Shown here: positions 30,140 through 42,095 of the stretch, piece after piece
Numbering within the stretch: position 1 is the stretch's first letter
Layout of the letters: each line of letters begins with the position of its first letter
Source of the DNA: an uncultured delta proteobacterium
Lineage (GTDB): Bacteria > Myxococcota_A > Polyangia > Polyangiales > Polyangiaceae
DNA: 64,000 nucleotides
Direction: 5' to 3'
Assembly (NCBI GenBank): GCA_963850305.1
Contig: CAWKKR010000004.1
Coordinates: 416,001 to 480,000 of the forward strand
Position numbers and translations under genes: made by a program
The notes under the pieces: model-generated
Databases searched by the model: none
What the model saw: only the letters and a program-made list of their open reading frames with translations
Told to the model about the DNA's origin: nothing

Positions 30140-31931
30140 CGGCGTCGTCCGGACGGTGGACTGGCGTCGCCCGCCGCGATCTCGCCGCACCCACTTTGCG
30201 ACAGACGAACAGCTTGATATCTCCGAAGCGAAACGGGATCTCGGCGCGCCCGAGCGCGCTCTGGGCCATGGTGGACGACAGCGTGGAAGCGAAGGGGATG
30301 CCGAGCGTCCCGAGCTTCGCGAGGAGATAGTCGAGCGTCACGACGTGGCAATATTTGCCCTCGTCGATGATCTCGAACCCGGCGTCGCCGAGCACGTTCC
30401 GGATGGTCGTCTCGGTGAAATAGAAGAGATGCATATCCATGAGCCATGGCCAATATTTGCCCATGACCCGCGGAAACCAGTTGTCGATCATGAGCGTCGA
30501 GAACAAGAAGGTTCCCCCGCTCGGAAGGAGTTCGTTGATCTTGCGGAGCTCATCGACCGGATTCGCGAAATGCTCGAGCACGTCCCACGCGACGACGACG
30601 TCGAACGAGCGCTCCGCGCTGGGCAGATCGTCGACCGTGCCGCACCAGACTGGCGCATCGACGACCTTCGCCGAAGCTTCGACGGCCCACGCGCTCGGTT
30701 CGACGCCCACGACGTTCAGGCCGGCCTCGCGCGCGACCTTCAGGAACGCGCCGCAGTAGCTTCCAATTTCGAGGACGCGATCCGCGGCGCGAAAGTGACG
30801 ACGGACCTGGTCGAGGTTGTACCGGAACGTCGTTTCGCGAGCCTGGATGTGCTCGAGGTAGACGGGATCGACCGCGTGAGCATACTCGCCGACTAGCTCG
30901 TCCGAGGAGAGCTTCGGGCGCATGAAGATGAGCCCGCAGCGGAGGCAGCGCAATATCTGCCCGTGCGACCGGCTCGAATGCGTGGCGCAGCTGTACGGAG
31001 AAACGTCGCGAGCCGTGGCGCCTTTTCGTTCCTCGGTCGCCGGAAACACTTCGAGATGGTGCGTCCCGCTGCAGGAGCAGCACGCAACCGGAGCCGGCGC
31101 AGGGAACTCACGGTCGTGCAGGAACGGCAGCAGGCGCTGCAATCCGAGGCGCTGGATCGTCAGGACCGCCTTGTAGATCTCGCTCTCGGAGATCTTCGAC
31201 GCGCCCGTAGCGCGATTCTCGAAGTGAATCGGAAATTCGGCGAGCCGATCCGTCACCTGGGACACCCTATGCAGCGATTCGACCGCGAAGGAGTATCCCT
31301 CGGAGCGAATCGCCTCGATGTTCATGCGACGCAGCAACTTCGCAGTGAAGCCGCGGTACATCGTCGTGTTCTCTTCGAGCGGCAACCCGAGCGCCGCCTT
31401 GGCAAACAAGTTGGCGGTCCGGGAGATGAGGGTGCGCCCGAAGCCGTAGTCGGATTTACCCCCCGCCATGTAACGCGACCCCGTGACGAAGTCAGCGCGG
31501 TCCCCGAGGAGAAGCTCGAGGAACGTGGGTAAGTATCTGGGATGATGTGAAAAATCCGCATCCATGGTGATGAGGACGTCGAACCCGGCGTCGCGTGCAT
31601 ACAGCATGGCAAGCTTGTGGGCCGAGCCCAGCCCGAGCTTGCCGGGGCGGTGGATGATGGAGAGCCGGGGCAGCTCGACCGACAGGCGGTCGAGCAGGGC
31701 GCCCGTGCCGTCGGGCGAAGCGTCGTCGACGACCAAAATGTGACAATCGGGAGAAAAATCGCGGACCGTCCTCACGAGGCGCTCGACGTTTCCAGCTTCA
31801 TTAAACGTCGGAAAAAAGACCAAGATTCTGGGTGGATCCGCCCCCTGTGCCGCCATTCCCGAACCAAATCGCGAACCGAGCGAGTCGTCGGACGCTCTGT
31901 ACCGATCGTGCTCGAAGGATTTACTTGTCAC
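30120..31931 (-). CDS. polyprenol-phosphate glycosyltransferase (GT2, Dpm1/Ppm1-like) fused to Zn-ribbon SAM methyltransferase
   Basis: PTFNE, VVDDASPDGT, GKLGLGSA, MDADFSH, GSRY; then CSC..CLRCG, LEIGSYCG, WDVLEH. Confidence 0.9.
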   Translation of the reverse strand: MTSKSFEHDRYRASDDSLGSRFGSGMAAQGADPPRILVFFPTFNEAGNVERLVRTVRDFSPDCHILVVDDASPDGTGALLDRLSVELPRLSIIHRPGKLGLGSAHKLAMLYARDAGFDVLITMDADFSHHPRYLPTFLELLLGDRADFVTGSRYMAGGKSDYGFGRTLISRTANLFAKAALGLPLEENTTMYRGFTAKLLRRMNIEAIRSEGYSFAVESLHRVSQVTDRLAEFPIHFENRATGASKISESEIYKAVLTIQRLGLQRLLPFLHDREFPAPAPVACCSCSGTHHLEVFPATEERKGATARDVSPYSCATHSSRSHGQILRCLRCGLIFMRPKLSSDELVGEYAHAVDPVYLEHIQARETTFRYNLDQVRRHFRAADRVLEIGSYCGAFLKVAREAGLNVVGVEPSAWAVEASAKVVDAPVWCGTVDDLPSAERSFDVVVAWDVLEHFANPVDELRKINELLPSGGTFLFSTLMIDNWFPRVMGKYWPWLMDMHLFYFTETTIRNVLGDAGFEIIDEGKYCHVVTLDYLLAKLGTLGIPFASTLSSTMAQSALGRAEIPFRFGDIKLFVCRKVGAARSRRATPVHRPDDAVTAFAR

Positions 31932-32073
31932 GATTCGTATGATAGCAAGTCACAATCCTTTCGTGCTGAACCCGTCATTTCCTTTTTCGATCCTCTGAGG
32001 TCGAGGGGACGGCTCGGAGGGCTTCCGCCAACCCCGTTACTTCGAGGGCATTCGCCGCCCCGGAGGGTGAATC

Positions 32074-32538
32074 ATGAGCAGCATGTCTTGGACCAAGCGC
32101 CCGATGGTAATTGTCACTGCGGCCCTCATCGCTGCGGCCTGCAGTTCGAGCAGCAAGAAGAAGGTCACCGCGGACGCCGGGTCCGACTCTGGCGCGAAAT
32201 GTGGCAATAGCAAGCTGGATACAGGGGAAGTGTGCGATGGCGCTCTGTTCGGCGGCAAGACTTGCAGCAGCGAAACAACCAACGCAAAGACCCTGGGAAC
32301 GCTGACCTGCAGCGCCGACTGCAAGACGATCACGACGACGAGTTGCAGTGCGGCCGGCGGCGCCACGGGCACCGGCGGGGCGGGCACCGGCGGCATGAAG
32401 ATGGACGGCGGCATGGACAGCGGCATGGACGGCAGCATGAAGATGGACGGCGGCATGGACAGCGGCATGAAGATGGACAGCGGCATGAAGGACAGCGGCA
32501 TGAAGATGGACAGCGGTTCCGGCGGAGCCGCGAACTAA
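32074..32538 (+). CDS. lipoprotein with myxobacterial Cys-rich domain and Met-rich GMKMD repeats
   Basis: GGAGG RBS; lipobox AAAC; CGNSKLDTGEVCDG...TC; repeated (G/S)GMKMD. Confidence 0.8.
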   Translation: MSSMSWTKRPMVIVTAALIAAACSSSSKKKVTADAGSDSGAKCGNSKLDTGEVCDGALFGGKTCSSETTNAKTLGTLTCSADCKTITTTSCSAAGGATGTGGAGTGGMKMDGGMDSGMDGSMKMDGGMDSGMKMDSGMKDSGMKMDSGSGGAAN

Positions 32539-32582
32539 GCGACTGCACCGAAGCGCTCCGCGGGACTCCCGCGAGAGCAAAC

Positions 32583-32615
32583 GACGCCCCTCGAGATTCG
32601 CTCTCAAGGGGCGTT
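32583..32615. terminator. stem-loop between convergent genes
   Basis: GACGCCCCT...AGGGGCGTT inverted repeat. Confidence 0.5.
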
Positions 32616-32658
32616 CGTCATTGGGCGATGATGCGGGGGGCGTCCGGAAACGCGGGCC

Positions 32659-33642
32659 TCAAAGTTGCCCGCGCGCGATACCAGCAAGATCGGCGTCGAC
32701 CATCATCTCGACCAGCTCCTTGAAGCCGACGGAAGGCTGCCACCCGAGCCTGTCACGCGCCTTGCCGTAATTGCCTCGAAGCAGCGAGACCTCGGCGGGC
32801 CGGTAAAACCGCTCGTCGATCTTGACGAATTTGCTCCAGTCGAGCCCGGCGCGGGCAAACGCGATCTCGGCGAACTCCCGGACGGAGTGCGTCTCGTTCG
32901 TCGCGACGACGTAATCGTCCGGCGTGTCTTGCTGCAACATCAGCCACATCGCCCGCACGTAGTCTCCAGCGAAGCCCCAGTCGCGGCGGGCGTCGAGATT
33001 GCCCAGGCGGAGCTCCGTTTCCTTGCCGGCCTTGATGCGTGCGACGGCGGTGCTGATCTTCCGCGTCACGAACTCGAACCCTCGACGCGGCGACTCGTGA
33101 TTGAAGAGGATGCCGTCCGTGGCGTGAAGACCGTAGGCTTCCCGGTAGTTTCGCACGAGGTGGAATGCTGCGACCTTCGAGATGCCGTAGGGCGACCGCG
33201 GGTGAAAGGGCGTCTCTTCGTTCTGGGGGCTCTCGTTGACGAGCCCGAACATCTCACTCGTCGCCGCGAAGTAGAACCGAGTGTGCGGGCTCCGCTCCTT
33301 GATCGCCGAAAGGAGGTACAGCGTCCCGTCGATGTTGGTGTCGAGCGTCGAGAACGCGTCCTCGAACGAGTAGCTGACGAAGCTCTGCGCGGCGAGATGA
33401 TAACACTCGTCCGGCTTGAGCCGCTCGACGAGCGCGAAGATGCTCGCATAGCTCTCGAGCGAGGCAGCGTGCAGGCTGACACGATCGACGATGTGGTTCA
33501 GTCGAAAGAGCCGGTGCTGTGGCGCCTCGAACGCGACCCGCCGCACCATCCCGTGCACCTCGTACCCCCGTTCGAGCAGGAACTCGGCCAGGTAGGAGCC
33601 ATCCTGGCCCGTGATTCCCGTGATGAGCGCGCGCTTCGTCAT
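32659..33642 (-). CDS. gmd: GDP-mannose 4,6-dehydratase
   Basis: ALITGITGQDGSYLAE, LAAQSFV, SEMFG, PRSPYGISK, LFNHESPRRG, RDWG. Confidence 0.97.
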   Translation of the reverse strand: MTKRALITGITGQDGSYLAEFLLERGYEVHGMVRRVAFEAPQHRLFRLNHIVDRVSLHAASLESYASIFALVERLKPDECYHLAAQSFVSYSFEDAFSTLDTNIDGTLYLLSAIKERSPHTRFYFAATSEMFGLVNESPQNEETPFHPRSPYGISKVAAFHLVRNYREAYGLHATDGILFNHESPRRGFEFVTRKISTAVARIKAGKETELRLGNLDARRDWGFAGDYVRAMWLMLQQDTPDDYVVATNETHSVREFAEIAFARAGLDWSKFVKIDERFYRPAEVSLLRGNYGKARDRLGWQPSVGFKELVEMMVDADLAGIARGQL

Positions 33643-33791
33643 CGGTGTTGAACGATCGACCGGCGCGACTTTGCCCGGTAACTTCGCGACGGCAGGTTAT
33701 ACACGCTCGACCGCACGGTGGGGAAGAGCGCCGGGGGCCATGCTATGAGGGGGCGGGCTTGGACTCCAACCAATCCCGGGAGCATAGAGCG

Positions 33792-34715
33792 ATGCGCATC
33801 GTGGTTACGGGCGGGGCGGGGTTCATCGGTTCGAACATCTCCGACGCTCTCGTCGAGCGCGGGCACGAAGTGCTCGTCCTCGACGACCTGTCGTCGGGGC
33901 GCACCGAGAACGTTCCCGCAAAGGCCAGGCTCGTGGAACTGGACGTGTCCTCGCCGGAGGTGCGCGCGATCTTCGAAAAGTTCAAACCCGACGTGCTCTG
34001 TCACCACGCCGCGCAGATCGACGTTCGGCGCTCCGTCGCCGATCCGGCCTTCGATGCCGAGGTAAACGTCGTGGGCTCCGTCCGGCTGCTCGAGATCTGC
34101 CGCGCCGTAGGGACACGGCGCGTCCTGTTTGCGTCGACCGGGGGAGCCATCTACGGGGAGCAAGATGCGTTTCCCGCAACGGAGGCTCACCCCGCGAGAC
34201 CGGTGTCGCCCTACGGCGTGGCGAAGCTCTCGGTCGAGCATTATTTGCACTATTACGCAGTCGAGCATGGGTTTCGCCCCACACGGCTCCGCTACGCGAA
34301 CGTCTACGGCCCGCGTCAGAACCCGCACGGGGAGGCAGGCGTGGTCGCGATCTTCACCGACAAGTTTCTCGCAGGCCAGGAACCCGTGATCAATGGAACG
34401 GGCGAGCAGACGCGGGATTTCGTGTTCGTCGGCGACGTGGTGAGAGCGAATCTCGCCGCACTCGATCACGATCTCCTGGGCGCCTTCAACGTCGGAACCG
34501 GCGTGGAGACGTCCGTCAACGAGCTTTACGAGGCGCTCCGCGTCGCAACGGGCTCGAGCGCGCGGGTGAAGCACGTGCCGGGCAAGGCCGGCGAGCAGAT
34601 GCGTTCGTCGCTGGACGCCACGGCGCTTAAGACGGCCACGGGATGGAAACCGACGACGCCCCTCGAGGAGGGCCTGCGCGCGACCGTCGCGTTTTTCAAG
34701 AGCCGCGTACGGTAG
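33792..34715 (+). CDS. galE: NAD-dependent epimerase (UDP-glucose 4-epimerase-like)
   Basis: TGGAGFIGS, HHAAQIDVRRSV, STGGAIYG, SPYGVAK, RYANVYGPRQ, TRDFVFV. Confidence 0.85.
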   Translation: MRIVVTGGAGFIGSNISDALVERGHEVLVLDDLSSGRTENVPAKARLVELDVSSPEVRAIFEKFKPDVLCHHAAQIDVRRSVADPAFDAEVNVVGSVRLLEICRAVGTRRVLFASTGGAIYGEQDAFPATEAHPARPVSPYGVAKLSVEHYLHYYAVEHGFRPTRLRYANVYGPRQNPHGEAGVVAIFTDKFLAGQEPVINGTGEQTRDFVFVGDVVRANLAALDHDLLGAFNVGTGVETSVNELYEALRVATGSSARVKHVPGKAGEQMRSSLDATALKTATGWKPTTPLEEGLRATVAFFKSRVR

Positions 34716-34722
34716 GGATTGT

Positions 34723-37105
34723 CTAGGGAGCGCGGAGGCGGAGGGGGAGGCGTAGCGAGTCGTCGGGCGGAGCTTTGTCGTACAGGAACTCGTAGGCGGC
34801 GCGGGCTGCGAGGACGCGCTTCGTGTATCGGCGTGTCTCGAGATACGGAATCGATTCGACCCAGACGTCGAAGTCGACCGCGGGACGCTCCGTTTCCCAT
34901 TGGCGCGAGCGAGCCAGGCCGGCGTTGTAGCTGGGGATCGCCAGAAGCGTGTCTTCCGGAAATGTCTTCGCGAGCTCCGCGAGGAGGCGGCACCCGATCG
35001 CGATGTTGACCGACGGGCGAAGGAGAAGCAGCGGCGTAGGACGGAGGCCTAGGGGCCGACCGTACTGTCGCGCGGTAGGTTCGATGAGTTGCATCAACCC
35101 GTAAGCCTTCGCCGGGCTCTCCGCTTCGGGATCGAACGACGACTCTTCGCGCATGATGGCGTAGACGAGGCTCTCCGCAACGTTGCTACGCTTCGCTTCG
35201 CGACTGACCACGTCGTGATACGGCCTCGGAAATGCGACCTGCCATGCGCGGGACCAGTCGCCGGAGGGCCAGCGTCCGAGCCAGTCCGTCAACAGGCCGT
35301 CGGTGACATCGTGAGAGAGCTTCGCCGCGCCGGCGCGCGCGTAGAGCAGTGCGACGGCCCAAAGGATCCGCGGCAGCGTCGTTGCCTTCAGCACGCCGAG
35401 CGCGTCCATTTCCGCGGGACGCGTTCGCGACGTCGCCCACCCGGAGCAACTCGAGCGCGCGCCTGAACCCGGGCGAATCGAACGCGGGGATGCGCGCAAA
35501 CGTGAAGGCCTCCGCGGCCGAACGCTTCTCGGCGTCCTCGAGGGCGCGGGCCGCGCGCGGGGCGTCCACCGCCGCGAGTCGGGAATATGCGTGAAGCATG
35601 TAATACGAAAGCGGCAGCTCCCGGATGATGCCCTCGTACTCCGCCAGGCTCTTCTCCCTCTCGCCGAGCTCGCCCCAGGCGCGGGCGCGAAAGTATCGTT
35701 CGCGCCCGGCGAACTCCTGCCCGCGCTTCGTGTCGTTGGGCTCTGCCATCGACGTCGCGCGCTCCAGAACGGTCGCCGCGCTCGCCCAGTCCCCCTTTTC
35801 GATCCGGAAGGTCGCGAGGGCAAACATGCCGTCGAGGACCATGTCGCCGCTCGGATAATCATCCGGCATGCGCGTGAGCAACTCGGTGAACCGGTCATCG
35901 GCGCCCAGTTCCTTGCAACAAAGCGCGCGCTTCAGCCGGGCATCGTCCGCGAGACGGTTCCCCGGACAGCTGGCCTCGAGCATCTCGTAGTGGCGTATCG
36001 CATCGGCGAAGCGTTTGTCCTCCGTCGCATATTTCCCCGCCAGAAATAGCCCCTGGGCGCGGTCGTCGACGTCTTCGCACTTCTGTCCCACGTCTGCCGC
36101 GGCTGTCTCGGCCCCTCGCAAGTCGTGGACCCCCGCCAGGGCGCGCGCTCGAAGTAGCCACGCGGCGCAGCTCTGTTGCGTGGCGACGCTGCCGAGCGCC
36201 GCCACGAGCCCGTTCGCGAGGGGAACCGCGTCGAGAAACTGCTTCGCGTCCACCAGCGCGGCGAGGCGTTCGAGATCTTCCTCCGGGCTCGGGAGTGCGT
36301 GGGCCGTCCGCTCTGGTTCCGGCAGCATCGAGAGCGCTCTGGCTTCGAGCGCTCTTGCGCGTGCCGTCTGGACGGGCTCCGTGACGCGAGCAAGGGCTCG
36401 GCGCGCGAGCGATAAGGCTTCCCGGCCCGCGGCGGGGACCCCGGGATCGCCGGGGGGTGCGGCCAGCGCGCGCGCCACGAGCAACTCGCCGAGGCGCAGG
36501 GAAAGAGGAATGACGTCGTCCGACGCGTTCTCCTTCGCGAGGTGCTCGCGCCACACGACCAGAGCGAGGCTCGAGTCCCCGAGTGCCAGTGCTGCCTCGG
36601 CGGATTCGAGACGCGCATCCTCGTGGATCGGTTGGTCCGCGGGCACTTTTCGAAGCACGCTCAACGCTTCCGACGAACGTCCGGCAAGACGGAGAGCACG
36701 CCCCTCCGCGAGCCAGGCGTAGCCGGACAACGCCCACGTAGGGGCGGCCGCAGCCTCGTAGGCGGTCGCAGCTCCCGGAAAGTCCATCGCCGCCTCGCGA
36801 AGTCTCCCCAGGAGAAAGTCGAAGCTTCGTGTCTTGTCGTCGGGCGGTCGCCCCTTGAGAACACTCTCGACGGCGACGGCGGCACGAGCCGCGTCGCCCG
36901 CTTCGAGCGCCTCTGCCGCCGTGCGCAGCTCGGGGGCCGACAGGAGCGGCGAGAAGAGCTCCACGTCCAATCTCGTGGCCGTGCCCACGGCCGAAGGCGC
37001 TGGCGAGGGAGGTACGGCCACCTTCATGGTCGCAACACCGCGAGGCTCCGCGGAGCAGCCGAGGACGAACGCGAGACAGAAGGGCGCCGCGGAGCGCGCC
37101 CTCAT
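34723..37105 (-). CDS. soluble lytic transglycosylase (Slt70-like, TPR + SLT domain), lipoprotein, frameshifted near 35417
   Basis: Lipobox VLGC, TPRs; C-terminal frame has IMREESSF, GLMQL, SYNAG, IPYLETRRYTKRV. Removing one base gives ASAEMDAL. Confidence 0.88.
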
Positions 37106-37596
37106 CGCGGCTGGACCTTGCCGCGCACCCGGGATCGCCACCCTTCTTCTGCATCCTCGTCCTCGCGGGCGCGAGCCGACGCGCGGTCGCTCGCGCGAAC
37201 CCGTTCCTGGTGGTCCGAGACCAATTTCTCCGCCGTGCTCGCCGCTGCAAGCCGGGCCGCGGCCCTCAGCTCTTCCTGCTCGGCCCCTCGCACCTGCTCC
37301 GCGGCCGCACGTTCCGCACTGACCGTCGCGGCGACCCGACGTTCCGCCTCCGCGAGGAACGCATCGGCGTGGACCAGCGCTGCGACGCTCACCTTCCCGA
37401 GCCCGTCCTGCAGCGAGTCCCCTCGAAGCGTCTCTTCGAGCCTCTGCTGCTCGGTTGCGCGACGTGCGCGCGCCTGGAGAGCGGCGGTCTCCGCGACTCG
37501 CTTCCGTGCGGTAGCAGCCGCGAACTCGGTCGCGCTCTGCTCCCGCACGGTCGTGCGAAGCTTTCGGAGTAACTCTAGTGGCTTCGAACGGCCCAC
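37102..37596 (-). CDS. coiled-coil protein, FliJ/SctO-like
   Basis: N-terminal PLELLRKLR, Ala/Glu/Arg heptads, acidic EDEDAEE near the C-terminus; ATGA overlap with the Slt gene. Confidence 0.5.
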   Translation of the reverse strand: MGRSKPLELLRKLRTTVREQSATEFAAATARKRVAETAALQARARRATEQQRLEETLRGDSLQDGLGKVSVAALVHADAFLAEAERRVAATVSAERAAAEQVRGAEQEELRAAARLAAASTAEKLVSDHQERVRASDRASARAREDEDAEEGWRSRVRGKVQPR

Positions 37597-37644
37597 GGCA
37601 GAGACACGGTACCCCAGGACGCGGGCCCGTTCACGCCGCCCGGC

Positions 37645-37932
37645 TCACTTTCGAACCCGCACCATTCTGAGCCCTGCACCCGTCCGCATGATCGTGTCCG
37701 ACCACTCCGCTCCGAGGTGTACATAGCGAATCTGAACGCCGGTGGCCCGCCCGGACAGAAGGAGATCCCGCGCCTCGCGCAAGGTCGGCAGGTCGCTTAC
37801 CGTAATGGCTGCGCCTCGAATCAGGACCCCGATGACCCGGGTTTCCAGCGAAAGCTCGGAGAAAAACCCCTCGACGTCGGCGTCGTCGACGACGGTCGAC
37901 CGCATCTCGGGCCACTCGAGGAGGCTGGCCAT
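37645..37932 (-). CDS. small hypothetical protein
   Basis: MASLLEWPEM...VQIRYVHLGAEWSDTIMR; normal codon usage. Confidence 0.6.
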   Translation of the reverse strand: MASLLEWPEMRSTVVDDADVEGFFSELSLETRVIGVLIRGAAITVSDLPTLREARDLLLSGRATGVQIRYVHLGAEWSDTIMRTGAGLRMVRVRK

Positions 37933-37984
37933 GACCGACCATACTCGCCGATGAGCGCGGGAACCTCCCGTCAGCGTCGTCGCA

Positions 37985-41323
<3,339 letters not shown>

Positions 41324-41418
41324 GTTCTCGGGTGCCCGGCGTCGGCACCAGGCGGGCGAAGAGTCTCCGCGCGTCTAGCACAGCCCCGTCCACGGACCGA
41401 GGCAAATGGCCAGAACGC

Positions 41419-41997
41419 TCAGCGTCCTCTCGACTTCGCCGTCTTGCCCTCGTCTTTTTTGCCGAGGTCGCAATTGACTTCGCCGGACGCCACCGTGCAT
41501 CCCCCCGCCCCGGGACACTGCGCGGCCACCGCGAACTTCCCGTCATGGCAGGTCAGAACGCTCTTCGCGTCCAGACTGCACGAGTTCGTCGTACCGTGGC
41601 ATGGGTCGCCTTCCTGGCTCTTCGACTGGTCACAGCGAATGACGCCGGTTTCGCCTCGACACCCCTGCTCGCCCCTGCAAGCGTCGATCGCATACCTCCC
41701 ATCGCGGCACGTGATGCGTCCCTTGTCGCCGATGCACTGGGCGACACCCTCTTCGTCTTTCGAGCAGGGATCGCCGTCGGCGTTGCCGGTCACGTCGCAG
41801 GTGAGACGCTTGGCGTCCTCCCGGCAGCCCATCGGGCCCTTGCACGGCGTCGAGATAAAGACCCCGTCCTCGCACGCGAGCTCCGTTTTTCCGTCCACGC
41901 ACCGGATGTCGGTCTTCTTGCAAGAGTCGCCGGGGCCAGGCGTCCGATTGCAGGACAGGAGAAGAAGACACGCAACATACGAAAGGGCATCCCGCAT
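41419..41997 (-). CDS. Cys-rich repeat lipoprotein
   Basis: Lipobox LLSC; three repeats of GDxC..C..C.DG..C.G..GC..CD. Confidence 0.8.
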   Translation of the reverse strand: MRDALSYVACLLLLSCNRTPGPGDSCKKTDIRCVDGKTELACEDGVFISTPCKGPMGCREDAKRLTCDVTGNADGDPCSKDEEGVAQCIGDKGRITCRDGRYAIDACRGEQGCRGETGVIRCDQSKSQEGDPCHGTTNSCSLDAKSVLTCHDGKFAVAAQCPGAGGCTVASGEVNCDLGKKDEGKTAKSRGR

Positions 41998-42095
41998 TCA
42001 AGACCAGGAGCTTACCTCAGCGAGGCCGGGGAGAGCGAATCTCACCTGGCCACGGACGCGTCCGTCCTCGGGGAGACCATGGCCGTCGACGGAGA

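Noticed and set aside
27890..35430. Programmed ribosomal frameshifting
   Set aside because: No slippery heptamers; each break is a single extra base in a short C run, typical of sequencing error.
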